Positions 15,500-28,301 of a stretch of DNA of 64,000 nucleotides are shown here, piece after piece. The position numbers were made by a program, and so were the translations under genes. Position 1 is the stretch's first letter; each line of letters begins with the position of its first letter. The DNA is taken from assembly GCF_006345805.1 (NCBI RefSeq), contig NC_043010.1, forward strand, positions 58,714,001 through 58,778,000, in the 5' to 3' direction. This stretch comes from Octopus sinensis. Its lineage: Eukaryota. The notes under the pieces are model-generated. The model had not been told where the DNA came from. It searched no databases and saw only the letters and a program-made list of their open reading frames with translations.

Positions 15500-17250
15500 C
15501 AGGGGTATTAAACTGTTGGATCATAGCCCATCTCATTAGGGAGAAAGTCTGCTAGATGAGATGCACTTCAGTTTTGTGCCTGGTAGAAGCACCACTGATG
15601 CCATATTCCTAGTTCGACAACTGCAGGAGAAATACCTAGCTAAAGATAAACCCCTCTACATAGCTTTTGTGGACTTGGAGAAAGCCTTTAACAGGGTCCC
15701 CCAATCCCTTATCTGGTGGGTGATGCGGAAACTGAAGATTGATAGACGGTTAATAAGGGCTGTACAGGCCCTATAATGAGGGGCCGTTAGCAAGGTTAGG
15801 ATTGGCAATGAGTATAGGGAAGAATTCCAGGTAGAAGTAGGGGTCCACCAAGGTTCAGCCCTCAGTTTCCCTTAGGAAATAAGGGAGGAATTCAAGACGG
15901 GTTGCCTCTGGGAGCTCCTCTATGTTGATGACCTGACCCTCATAGCAGAATCACTACTGGAACTAGAAAAGAAATTTCGGGTGTGGAAGCTAGGTTTAGA
16001 ATCAAAAGGCCTTAGAGTCAATGTAGCAAAGACCAAAGTTCTAGTAAGTAGGAAGGCAAACTCACCACACACCCCTTCAGGTAGGTGGCCCTGCTCAATC
16101 TGTAGAAAAGGTGTAGGTAGAAGCTCCTTGAGATGTATCCAGTGTAAGCTATGGACACATAAGAGGTGCAGCAATATCAAAGGAGAATTAACTGAGAAGA
16201 TGGCTTTCATGTGCAGCAGATGCACAGGGACAATAGACACCACAGATACTCAGAAAACAGATTCCATCACACTCCTGAGGGAGAAACTAGAAGTAGTTGA
16301 TAGTTTCCGCTACCTAGCTGACCAAGTTAGTAGTGGGGGTGGATGTTCAGAGAGTGTTACCACTAGAATAAGGATAGCCTGGGCAAAGTTTAGAAAGCTC
16401 CTACCCCTACTGGTGACAAAGGGTCTCTCGCTCCGAGTAAAAGGTAGATTGTATGATGCATGTTTGCAAACTGCCATGCTTCACAATAGTGAAACATGGG
16501 CTGTGACTGCAGAGGACATGCGTAGGCTCAAAAGAAATGAAGCTAGTATGATCCGCTGGATGTGTAACGTCAGTATGCACACATGACAGAGTGTAAGCAC
16601 TCTGAGAGAAATGCTGGACATAAGAAGCATTGGATGTGGCATGCAAGAGAGACATTTGCACTGGTATGGTCATGTACTATGGATGGCTGAGGAGAGATGT
16701 GTGAAGAAGTGCCACTTCCAAACAGTTGAAGGATTCCGGGGTAGAGGTAGACCCAGGAAGACATGAGATAAGGTGGTCAAACATGACCTACGAATGTTGG
16801 GTCTCACAGAGGCAATGACGAAAGACCGAGACCTCTGGAGATATGCTGTGACTGCGAAGACATGACAAATAATGTGAGTTCATGGCTGTTTCCTGCACCA
16901 GCTTCATATAGCAGCCCCAGCCCATCCATAGTACCTTGGATTGTAGGACAGCCTGCTGTGGTTACCTTGGATCGTAGGATGACCTGCTGTGCTTGAGGGG
17001 GCCTATTGTGTCAAGTACATCAACATCAAATGGAAATTGTAGTTGTGATACCTGTGCCAGTGGCATGTAAAAGGCACCATCCGAATGTAGCCGATGCCAG
17101 TGCTGCCTTGACAACCAATCGTGGCCATTGCCAGCCTCCCCTGGCACATAAAAAGCACCCACTACACTCACGGAGTGGTTGACGTTAGGAAGGGCATCCA
17201 GCTGTAGAAACACTGCCAGATCAGACTGGAGCCTGATGCAGCCTCCTGGG
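15500..17250 (+). mobile_element. RTE-clade LINE, 5'-truncated and disrupted, with an embedded PHD finger and 3' UTR
   Basis: RT motifs PGRSTTDAIF, FVDLEKAF and YVDDL (15921-15935), GLRVNVAKTK, ETWAV; stops and frameshifts present. The 3' UTR carries ~60-bp repeats and the aggaagggcatccagctgtagaaac motif. Confidence 0.92.
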
Positions 17251-17334
17251 CAAGTGTCTACTATAATATTAGGCCAAACAAAGCCTCGTGAATGGATTTA
17301 TGGATTGAAACTGAAAGAAGCCTACCATCTATCT

Positions 17335-17473
17335 ATATACAAATATGAGAGAGAATCCACTATGTGGATGCTGTTACGCTAAAGAGAGATCCGCATGAGT
17401 CTCAACCACTCATGTGGATCTCTCTTTAGCGTAAGAGCGTCCACATAGTGGATTCTCTTTCATATTTGTGTAT
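17335..17473. repeat. Near-perfect hairpin (~66-bp arms, 7-nt loop)
   Basis: 17335-17400 vs 17408-17473, about 5 mismatches. Confidence 0.9.
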
Positions 17474-17633
17474 TAATAATATTTACTGAATCTCAGTCTT
17501 TTATGCGCTAAACCACTGGTGTTTAAATTGATGTCATTTAATTAATATCCAAATTTTTCACCCACATTTTGATTTTAATTCTATATATGTGTGTGTGTGT
17601 GTGTGTATGTATATGTGTATATATTTATATATA

Positions 17634-17687
<54 letters not shown>

Positions 17688-18129
17688 CAGATTAGTATGT
17701 TTTGTTTTATGTATGTATTCTCATGCAAATAGTTACATACATAGACATGTTCATATATATTTAAATGATACACTTCTGGAAAATTTTACAGATTTTTACA
17801 GTTCCAGTGATGGATTGGGAGTGTAGTCTTTGAATTAGCTTACTCCTTTCTAGTTTTGAGAAGCTTAAGTTCTCAAGATTGGTATTTAGGCAATGTGTGT
17901 GTGTGTGTGTGTATACCAGGTTAAGTCAAAAGTCTTTTCATATTTCAATGTTTTATTAATAGTTCAAACAAATTATGTAAGAAGAACATTTATTCATGAA
18001 AATATATCCTATCATATTCTATTGTCTGTTGCCAGCCTCATGCCAGAAACCCAATTCCATGCTTTATACCATTTGGCTAGTTTAGACATAAAAATTCCTT
18101 GCAGCCATTTTCGACCTTATCATGAGCCG

Positions 18130-18480
18130 TGACTCAGAAAAATTGGTGAAGTGATCATGCTATGCCTGGAGTTCAGTGAGGCAGTACTATTGACCCCGTC
18201 TAGTTTGCACTTGGTCACATTGGCAGTGTGGGTTGGGGCATTGTCATGCTGCAGGAGTGTGGGCCTCTGATCCAGCAATGAATGGACAACATGTAGCATC
18301 AAATGATCAAATTTATTAAGAAGATACAAGTTGCCAAAATCTTCAGTGAAAAACGGAAGAAACGTTTGACACAACCCGGGAAACGTGTGTGAATGTGCTT
18401 TGTAGGTAAATAAGGGGAGCAGTGGTGTCCTGACATCACGTGATAGTTGTAAACGAGCATCACCTTCATAAAAGTGAGGC
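18130..18480 (-). mobile_element. Tc1/mariner transposase remnant
   Basis: LLQHDNAPTHTANVTK second-aspartate motif. Confidence 0.55.
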
Positions 18481-19339
18481 TGTTTGTTTCCAGCCATCCA
18501 TGGAAAAACATGTCTGGCCATGGGAAATATTGCCTCGCTTGGGAATAGGCGAGAAATGGCAACATGAAAGGCATCAATGGCTGCAGGACATCTGCTTCAA
18601 CAAATTGCATCTGATGCATGCAAACATGGAGAAGGGGACAGCAGTGCTCCAGTATGACCACAACCTTTGGGCTGGAATACATAAAGGAATAAAAGCATGC
18701 ACACACACACACACACATGGTTTCTATGGCTGAATGCCCACCTGAACCCAAACGACATTACAGAGTGTACCTTTTGGGTGCCTTTTACATGGCAGCAAGA
18801 CCACCAAATAATTCACAGGACAAGAACCCCCACACACACACTTAACTGGGGGTGGGTAGTAGTATTGAAGGAGGTGGCTTTGTGATGAGAGGTCAGAGTA
18901 TAAAGAAAGGGAGAGAAATAGGTTTGTTGCATCAGAGGAGGAGATACAGAGCTACATGAGGAGGAGGAGGAGGGAGAGGTGAGAGAGAGAGAGAAGACAG
19001 TGGAGATGTGTCAGGGTATGCCGTCAAATTAGGAGATGTTTGTATATAAGTGAAGTGGTCCACAGGATTGGATTGGGTGAGTGAAAAATGGAAATTTATG
19101 TCAGTTGAAAAGATAAGTAGGGAAGCGGAGAGGAGTATGAAGACAGGGTGTCCCACAAGAATGTAGAGCCATATTTCAGTTTAATAGAATCTACAGACAG
19201 AATTTCATTTTTTATGGATGCTTATTTTCCAACTGATGACCACCCTGGCTCAGGCACTGTTGATAATGAAAAGCAATGGAATTGCAAACGGTAAGAAACA
19301 TTTTGTTTGGGATTTACATACATTCAATGGCTGCCCTCG

Positions 19340-20260
19340 TTTCATTGACTGTTGCCAGTTCTCTACTGTAAACCTTACCTTTTAAGTGTCTCCCATAAAG
19401 AAAGTCCAGTGGAGGGAGGCCTGGTGAACTCCCAAGGTGCTGAACTTCTTTGTCCACAAAATCTTATCAAAGAAGGCCCTTACATTACTATGGTAATGTG
19501 AGGTTGCCCTGTCTTGCTGGAGATATAAATCCACATCTTCACAGTCCTCTGGAGTGCTTGGCATAACAGTTCAAGTAAATGGCATCACTCACAGTACTCT
19601 AAGACAAGCAAGGGTCTAATCGATTCCATTCATAAGCTGCATTATTCTCTAACTCCTGATGTTCCTCTCTAATATGCAGATTCTGAGGTTCCCAGGAGGT
19701 TCAACTGTTGTGATTAATTGAGCCATTTACTTGAACTATAATCTCATCAGTCAAAACAATCTTTGTTGGAAAGTGTGCCTCTTCTACACACCTTGCCAAG
19801 TGTCATGAAATTCCATTCTCCAGTCTAGATCATCTCCACTGAGAGAATGGACTATTCTTGGAATGTAACTTTTTCAAAGACAGGACTTCAAAATGTGATG
19901 GATGCTTCATTTTGAAATTCCTTTCTTACAATTCACTTGCTGTAACCGATTTTCTTCAACTCTGGCAATTCACTTCTTGGACCCTTCTTTTTTTTTTTTT
20001 TTCATTATCTTTTTTTGGCTTCAATCTTCTGAAATGTTTCTTGTGGACATTCTGGACAGTTACATCTGCCTCTTGCTGCTGGAGGCCAGCTGTGCCCACC
20101 ACATGTCATATTAACTTTCATCAAGCCAAGGGACCAATATGGCTACTGATAATGGGTGAGAAAACCCAGTAAAAATGAGTTTAAATTAAATAATTTGAGA
20201 AAAAGTCTAAATGTCTCAAGGGTAAAGGTTCAAATGTCTTGAAAATCAGATGAAGATTTT
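19340..20260 (-). mobile_element. Mariner-like transposase remnant
   Basis: LYLQQDRATSHYHSNVRAFFD, a LNGSINHNS-like segment and a degraded downstream LHWTFFMG. Confidence 0.65.
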
Positions 20261-20799
20261 GGGGTTATTTGCTGTGCCAATAGGTCCATAAATGAATCTG
20301 AATAAATGAAGTAGCAACAGACACACACACACACACACACACACGCATGCATGCATGCATCTCAAATATACATTTACTCTTCCAAATCATTTAACACACT
20401 CTCTATGTGTTCCATTATAGTTTCTCACACATTATCCAAAGCCGTAATGGCCCATGGCCTGATGAATCCTGGGGCAGCAAGAACGACTGCACCCATGTGG
20501 CATGCATCAACTAGAAACTACTCAAAGGGGTCAGACTCTGGATGAAGACCACCCTCTCCTAACTCTTCCTTCGATTAAGTTCTTTATATTTGTTGGGAAT
20601 TCTCCTTGAAATAACTGATTCTAGACCCATACCTGTGCATTTGCCCTCTACATTCTTACAGTCACTTAAATTGTAAGATTTGGCAGAAAACACTACGAAA
20701 TGTTGAGCGTTTTACCGAATTAAATATGAAAGTCCCTTCGTGTTTCTGTACTAAATCGATTTGTTGGTAAACAACCTTCTTAAATCATCAAACATTATA

Positions 20800-21490
20800 C
20801 CAGGTTAGTACCTGAGAATGTGAAAGACGATCTAGAAAGTTCTGATTTGAGAGGCTGAGATGACAACCACTACCACGGAATTTTTTCATATCAAAACTCA
20901 AAAATATTCTACTAGAGTTAAGGAGTTAACACCCTTCAAAGCAGACCTCTTAGGTTTAGTGGTGAACATAAAATTCCATAAATACGCCAACCTCCATTTT
21001 TTTTAAGTAAACTTAGCAGACACAAGAAAGATTAAGGCTTCTGGCAATAAATATGTTTGGACAAGACGAATGACATCAATGAATCAGCCTGCAATAAATA
21101 TAACAAATTGATACTTGATAACATAATTAATAAATCTATAAAGACAAACACTAACACTTATATTGCTATCAAGGAAGAAGCTAAGTTTATAGCCAAAATA
21201 ATTAAGATGGATAACATAATAAAATACCAGGCTAGCTGAGAAACCGTCATAATGTTAAAAGATCAGAAACCAGTTTTCACAAACAAACCTCGCTGTAGAC
21301 TAATAAATCCAGCAAAGATACAAATAGGCTTAATTAGCCAAAAAAACAAAAAAATAAAATGCAACAAAATAAAAAAAAGATATCAGAAAATCAACACAGA
21401 ATTAAGAGTAAGGTAGATATCAGCTGGTTGAGGGATATAAGATGTCAGGCAACAGTTATATTTATACAATTATCTATAATGGATGTCTAG
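20800..21490 (+). mobile_element. Penelope-like element RT remnant
   Basis: Degraded KELTPFKADLL, DKTN...YNKLI, IMLKDQKPVFTNKPRCRLINPAK (21246-21317) and WLRDI...IFIQLSIMD resemble the PLE RT N-terminal motifs ITLKDHK/CRLINPAK. Confidence 0.72.
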
Positions 21491-24299
21491 GCCCCTCCCC
21501 TCTAATTCAGGCCACAAAACTCACTAGTATATACATCAGCAATAAAGCACTGGATGTTGAGGCAATCATTCATGCATGCAAAACTCTAAATTTTAATAAA
21601 AAGATCGCCTCAGTCCAAAGACCTGAATCCACACTCCCATTTAATGTTTTGACAGACTTTTCGGACACTGTCATCTGGTCCGGTCAGTCGTTCTCTACCA
21701 GACCTATTTAAAACAAACTTTGTCAGTTCCAACATTGACTTATACCGTGTTTAGGAATATACCATATCATTCAACTGCAATGGTACTCAGGCTCTAGATA
21801 CTTTCAGGCAAAAGTCTTAGAGTCACTTTCAACAGTCTGGGACTGAGGACTACTGTTGCTAGTAACTTCAATAATTTCTGATTTCTTAGTCATGTCTCTG
21901 AAGATGGAATCATGGACTTACATATTGTTCCATTAACCAAATGAGAAATTTTGGTTTATTAATACATACTCATGCCAAGTGTTTAGAAACCTTATCTTTA
22001 ATTTCAGTGTGAGAATCTCTAAATTTATTTCTTTTTAAGAAATTTGTGATAAAATGGTCCCTGTCTACAACAGGGCCAAAGTAAAGATCAACTTCAGGGA
22101 GAAATCTCCTACAACAAATGGACCCAATGCAAGAATTGGTCTAACATGATCCTTTTAAATGTTAAAACCAAAGTAAGAGGGAAATTTTTGATCCCTTTCA
22201 GATATACATTTTCCAGTTAGTTGTAAAAACAGGGAGTTTTTCAAAGGGTCTCCAATGAAAATCAGCAACAGCTGTACTTGCAACATGTAAACATTCACTC
22301 ACCACCAGAAAAGTTATTAATCATGAGGTACAGGTTGTTCATTCTGAAAGGCAGACATTTATCCCTTAGATCAAACACGCAATATAAAATCGATTGTGTA
22401 TGGATCTGGACTTATCCCAACCAAGCTGAACCAGATAGTTAAAAAGAAAATGAAATTCTTATGGTTACTGCTGAAGGAACATTCAAAGGTTTCATATTCC
22501 CACATGTGGAAACTAAGAGAGCACAATGCCGACAATGATACCATGTGGGTAATCCAAGAATAACCACAGTCATACACCAACTGGTCAAGAAAAGATAGAG
22601 AAAAGAATACAAATTATATACTAAGATACAAAAACACTTGTCAGATCTGCCTGAACATCAAAAATAAAAGATTCAGAAATGCCCTCACGCAGATCAGTAT
22701 ATTCCCTCCCACAGGAAAGTTTCACAATCATCAGGTTAACCTGCAAACATGCTAACCTTCATTTGACTATTTTTCTTTGTTCAAATTGTTGCTGGTCCAC
22801 ATGGGTAAGAAGCAAAGGTACACGTTTTTCTGGGTGAGTAACAACACTGTTTGTAGAGTAGACATATCATTGGCAAATATATGGGTAGATGAAGAATTCG
22901 AGGGAGTCCCAGTATGAGACTGAATATTTAAGTAAAAGCTAGTCTGGACATTATGACAGCAACATTTATCTCTGCCTGGACAATTTGAGTCTGCAGATGA
23001 GCAGAATGATTGTTTCTATGAAATCAGGTTATATTAACCAAAATGTGAAAAGGGGGTCTAAATGGGGCTGGAAGGTGATTAAAATTTACAGGAGCGGGTG
23101 TTTAGGAATTCTCTGTTACATCAAGCTAAAAAATTTGCGCCAGTCTTTAAATCTTCAATGTGTTGCCATCCATGATGAAGAAGTTTTGAATGCTTGCCAT
23201 GGTGAGTCTACTGTCGTGAGAAAGAATCACTTCAAAACTTGGTGTTTAGGAATTTTCTTTTACATCAAGTTCAAAATTTTATGCCAGCCATTAAACTGCC
23301 TCTACGTTGCTGTCCGCTGTTAAGAAATGCCAGTCTTGGTGACTCTACTATCCTCAGATTCTATCCCTTCAAACTTTGGTTTCCTATATATTTTTATTTT
23401 TATTCAACTCGAAAGTTCGTCTGTCCCTTTTAAATGTTAGTGTTTTGCTGTCTGCCTTGAAGCAGACCTTTCCGTTGTTACTGTCTGATATTTATGATTG
23501 ATCTTTCAAAATATTTTCTTTCTCAAGATCTTTTGTTGTTTATAAATGGGAGAGAGATAGATAAAGACAGAGAGTAAGGGAAAGCGAGGGAGAGTCTGGG
23601 AGAAAGGAAGAGTAAGAGAGTGGGAAAGGGAGAGAGAAACAAAGAGGGAGAATGTGGTGATAAAAAAAAGAAAGGAAGCAACAGAAAGTAACAACCACAC
23701 TCTTACCCGCACATAGAGCAGGTCACCTTTAGCTAGTTATTATTATTTCTGAGTTCAAATTCCACCAAGGCCAGTTTTACCTGCCATCCTTTTGGGGTCA
23801 ATAAAATAAGTACCAGTGAAATGCTGGGGTCGATGTAACAAAATTTCAGGCCTTGTGCATTTAGTAGAAAGTATTATTATTAATATCATTATTAACATGG
23901 CATGCTGGCAGACTCATTAGCACGCTGGCTGAAATATTTAATGGAATTTCATATGCCTTTATGTTCTGAGTTCAAATTCCATTGAGGTTTCATCCTTCCA
24001 GGATCTATAAAATAATTACTACTCAAGTACTAGGGTCAATGTTATCGACAAACCCCACCCTCCAAAACTTCAGGCCCTATGCCTGAAATAATCCTTTCGA
24101 CTGAAACGATTATTATTATTTATTCTTTTAGGAGAAAGGATTATTATTTTTATTATTATACTTTCTTGCAATGCAAGGATATAAAATATTGGTTTTTGTT
24201 GTGTTTTCCCTTTCATGTTGGCTGAGAATCTTCACAAAAGACCTTAAACAAAAGGTAAGAATACAAGCTGCCCCAAAAGCAGCAGATGTTTGGAGCACT

Positions 24300-24640
24300 T
24301 ACATGTCTGTCTCGATGGCCAACCATTCCAGGTGGTAAGAGAGTTCTTTTGTAAATTAAACCTACCACCCCAATGCCAACTTCCACTTTTGCTGTTAGCC
24401 AAGTTATTTTTCAGATCATCATATTTAAAATAGCATAAATTGAGATCTTTTTCACTTCTTTGTCTACTATATTTTTGTCTAAAGGAATTAATGTGTCTAT
24501 TAGAAGACATTCTTTCATATCATTATGTCATGTATAACGATATTATGTCTGCAGTGTTCTGTCTGTCTTGGCGTCAAAATCCCATACAATTTTGAGTTTA
24601 TCAAATTCATTTACAGCCTTTTCTGTTGAATAATGTTGTA
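24300..24640 (-). mobile_element. R4/Dong-like LINE restriction-like endonuclease (REL) region, degraded
   Basis: KLKIVWDFDAKTDRT...KECLLIDTLIPLD resembles the KILWDF.IQTD...PD...ID..IP REL signature; stops present. Confidence 0.6.
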
Positions 24641-24804
24641 CCATTTGTCTGAAGAACTGTAGCCATCTTTTTTACAAAGTAAATTCAAAAATAGAAAATA
24701 AAAAACAGGAAAAAGTCAATTAGATGTACACAGTGAATATATTAGATTGATGCTAAGAATAGGATGGAGAAAGTTCAGAGAAATTTTATCTCTGTTGATA
24801 ACCA

Positions 24805-24865
<61 letters not shown>

Positions 24866-24871
<6 letters not shown>

Positions 24872-25450
24872 GTATGGTAGTGAGATGTGGGCCCTGAATG
24901 CAGAGGATAAGCAAAGGCTGGAGAGGAGCAAAGCTGGTATGCTTTACTGGATGTGCAATGTCAGTGTGTGTGTGCAACAAAGCATTGATATAGCGAGAGA
25001 AGTTGGGAGAGGAGAGGAATTATATGCAGTGTGCAAGAGAGGAGACTGCGCTGGTTTGGTCCTGATGTGAGCATGAATGAGAACAGTTGTGTTAAGAAAT
25101 GCTGATTATTTCAAGTGGAGGAAATTGTAGAAGAGGGAAACCCAGACATGGATTGCAGTATTCAAGGCCAATCTCAAAACATTGAGACTTTTGAAAGAAA
25201 TGACAAAGAACCAGGATTTGTGGCACATTGCTGTATTCAAGAAGATCTGCCTGCCACAACAGAATCGAGATCCTAAAACCAAGGTGCCACATAGAAAGCA
25301 TTGGTGTGGGTGCTAGTACCACAAAAAAAGCACTAGTGTTGGCACCATGTAAAAAGCACCCCGTACACTTTGTAAAGTGGTTGGAATTAGGAAGGGCATC
25401 CAGATGCAGAAATCATGTCAAAACAGACTATGGCACCTGGTGCATCCCCT
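24866..25450 (+). mobile_element. Older, degraded RTE 3' fragment with the homologous 3' UTR
   Basis: LYGSEMWALNAEDKQRLERSKAGMLYWMCNVSV followed by ttaggaagggcatccag at about 25387. Confidence 0.75.
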
Positions 25451-25900
25451 AGCCTGGCCCTTCCTTGGAGAGAGGGAGAATTCCAGAGAGGAGGAAAAGA
25501 AAGAAGCTGAAAGTTCAGAGGAAGGCACATGTGTGGTCCCATGGCCGGAAAATAACCAGGATATCTCTGATGTTATTTCTGAGTTGACAATTTGTAACTT
25601 GCTACAAAAGGGTCAATATCTTCCTCTCCCTAATGACACAGAGGACTGTTGTTAGTCGCAGTGGTGGCTTACATGCCCTGGCTTCAATAGTATTTAGTTT
25701 TATTATCATCATTAACGTGGAAAGCTCGAAGAATTATTAGCAAAATGCTTTGTGACATTTCTTTCAAGTCTTTACATTCTGAGTTCCAAATGCTACCAAA
25801 GTTGACTTGCCTTTTTATCCTTTTGGGTATCAACTGGCCTCTGGTGTGGGTGAAGTTATCTATGACTTGCACCCTCACCCAAAATTGATGGCCATCATCA

Positions 25901-25931
<31 letters not shown>

Positions 25932-26842
25932 CATCATCATTATTATTATTAGTAGTAGTAGTAGTAGTTTGCTATCTCCCCCATGTGTGACTTTCCATGT
26001 ACCACCATTATCATTTATTACTCTCCCGACACCAAAAGTCATGAGACATTTGGTTCACTGCCATTTCTCTGCTACCTTTTCCACTTCTGGAATTCATCCC
26101 TGGATTTTGATATTTTCACTCGCTGTGTAATACATAGTGAAGTTTCTATGCCAACAGAATGTGACAGTCATTGTTGTTTTAGCCCCAGGAAAACCTCTTT
26201 TCCAGCTGGCTATCGACACACAGTTTGTATCTGTATAGTCTAAGCAAGGGAGGTCATCGCTCCCATCTCTAGCTTTATGTAATACTCACAGACTCAGGTT
26301 TCTGGATAGTTACCTGTCCCCAGTGTGAGACAACCGCAAGCTAGTGACGAAAGCTCTCTCAACTCACAAATACTGTATATTCTTTAAGTGACACACAGTT
26401 GCTGATCTCATATAGACAAAAACAATTTGTTTTAAAACTCTGGGTGAGAGATATACAGTAGCAGTACTGAATAGTAAAGTTTCTATGCCAACAGAATATG
26501 GCAGTCCTATAAAGGATGATGTCACTGTTGTTTTAGCCCCAGGCAAACCTCTTTTCCAGCTGGCTATCGACACACAGTTTGTGTCTGTATAGCATTTGCA
26601 AGGGAAGTCATCACTCCCATCTCTAGCCTTGCAGTTTTTTCAAATGTCCTTTCCAAAAAGGAACCTTCAGTTGTACTTCCTTACTGTTGTTTTTTCTGAT
26701 TTTCTTTCTTTTAGATACAAAATTTCTTTTTACTTCAGTGTTTAACCTATAAAATGTTTCTTCACTTTTTCTCTGTCTCTGCCCCCTTCGATGGCCTTTG
26801 CTTACCCAATTATTTTCCTCAAGCATCATACCTGTTACTTAA

Positions 26843-27061
26843 CCCTTTAGTGTTCTGATTATTCTATCAAACATAATGCTTATTGATTCCCATTGATTTG
26901 AATTAATCATGCATTATCTCATGTCCTCAAGATCTTGATGGTGTAATTACTTAATGTAGAATAACATTGTAGGGTAGGTGTGAGAGCCTGGATCTGGTCA
27001 GTTTGAACATAAAACAGATTAAATATTTTGGCCGGATATGGCCGGTTTAAATACTAAGGGG
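26843..27061. mobile_element. piggyBac-type non-autonomous element
   Basis: TTAA(26839-26842)-CCCTTTAGTGTT...AATACTAAGGGG-TTAA(27062-27065). Confidence 0.7.
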
Positions 27062-27065
27062 TTAA

Positions 27066-27281
27066 AGGTGGAGAGCTGGCAGAATGATTAGCACACTGGG
27101 CGAAATGCTTAGTGGTATCTTGCCTGTCTTTACGTTCTGAGTTCAAATTCCACCAAGGTTGACTTTGCTTTTCATCCTTTCGGGGTCAATAAATTGAGTA
27201 CCAGTTGTGTACTGGGGTCAATGTAATCGACTGGCACCCACCCCGAAAATTTCAGGCCTTGTGCCTAAAGTAAAAAGAAAA
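27066..27281 (+). mobile_element. SINE family A
   Basis: Same head and core as the 4563 copy. Confidence 0.8.
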
Positions 27282-27834
27282 GCTTATGCCTGTTACTTAA
27301 TTTCCTGACCTTCCACCAATATTATAACTTTTTTCTTTTACTAATTTTTAAATTTATTTTTCACAATTTTCTTCTGTATTTTTTCTTACATTTCTTTCAC
27401 CTCCCTCGCGCCTCCCCTCATATACAATACGATCACACCAACATGCCAAACTTCTACACACCCCACCATCCAATGCAACCACACTTCCACACCACACATA
27501 CACACATCCCCAGTGCACCTCTATACACAAACACACAAACCCACCTCCTCCTCCTCACTTCCTATGTCCTTCCATTTGAACCACATTCCCACCCGACCCC
27601 TAACTTTTTCTTCCTTTCTTTCTGTCTTTCCAACCGCCTCTCCTCCTTATAATTTTCCCATCTTCTTCTGACGAAAGACAAGCATCCGAAACATCAAGAC
27701 TCCTTTCCTCTAAGCATTAAGTCATTACATTTGTTAAGACTTGTCACTCTCCTGTTGTCTTCTTTCTTTTGCATATTGTCCAACATGCAAACACATACAC
27801 ACACACATATATGCATATATATATATATATATCA

Positions 27835-28112
27835 TCATCATCATCATCATCATTTAGCGTCCGCTTTCCATGGACGGTTCAACTGGGGTCTGGGAAGCCA
27901 GAAGGCTGCACCAGGCTCCACTCTGATCTGGCAGTGTTTCTACGGCTGGATGCCCTTCCTAACGCCAACCACTCGGTGAGTGTAGTGGTGCTTTTTATAT
28001 GCCACCGGCACGGGGGCCAGGCGAGGCTGGCAACGGCCACGATCGGATGGTGCTTTTTACGTGCCACCAGCACAGAGGCCTGTCGAGACGGCGCTAGCAA
28101 CGGCCACGTTCG
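27835..28112 (-). mobile_element. RTE 3'-UTR-only copy (or SINE sharing the tail) with (GAT)n
   Basis: Matches the 3' UTR at 37263-37540. Confidence 0.8.
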
Positions 28113-28301
28113 GATGTATATATGTGTATATCTATCTGTCTATTTATCTATCAATCAATCTATCTAACTATTTATGTGTGTGTGTATGTATGTATACATA
28201 CATACATACATATATATATATAGAGAGAGAGAGAGCGCCAGAGACAGACAGACAGACAGACAGACAAATAGATATACAGATATAAAGATAGATATATATA
28301 T

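Noticed and set aside
17170-17230. Conserved aggaagggcatccagc motif as a possible HDV-like ribozyme
   Set aside because: I could not build the nested double pseudoknot by eye, and it lies in the 3' UTR rather than at the 5' end where RTE HDV-like ribozymes are described.
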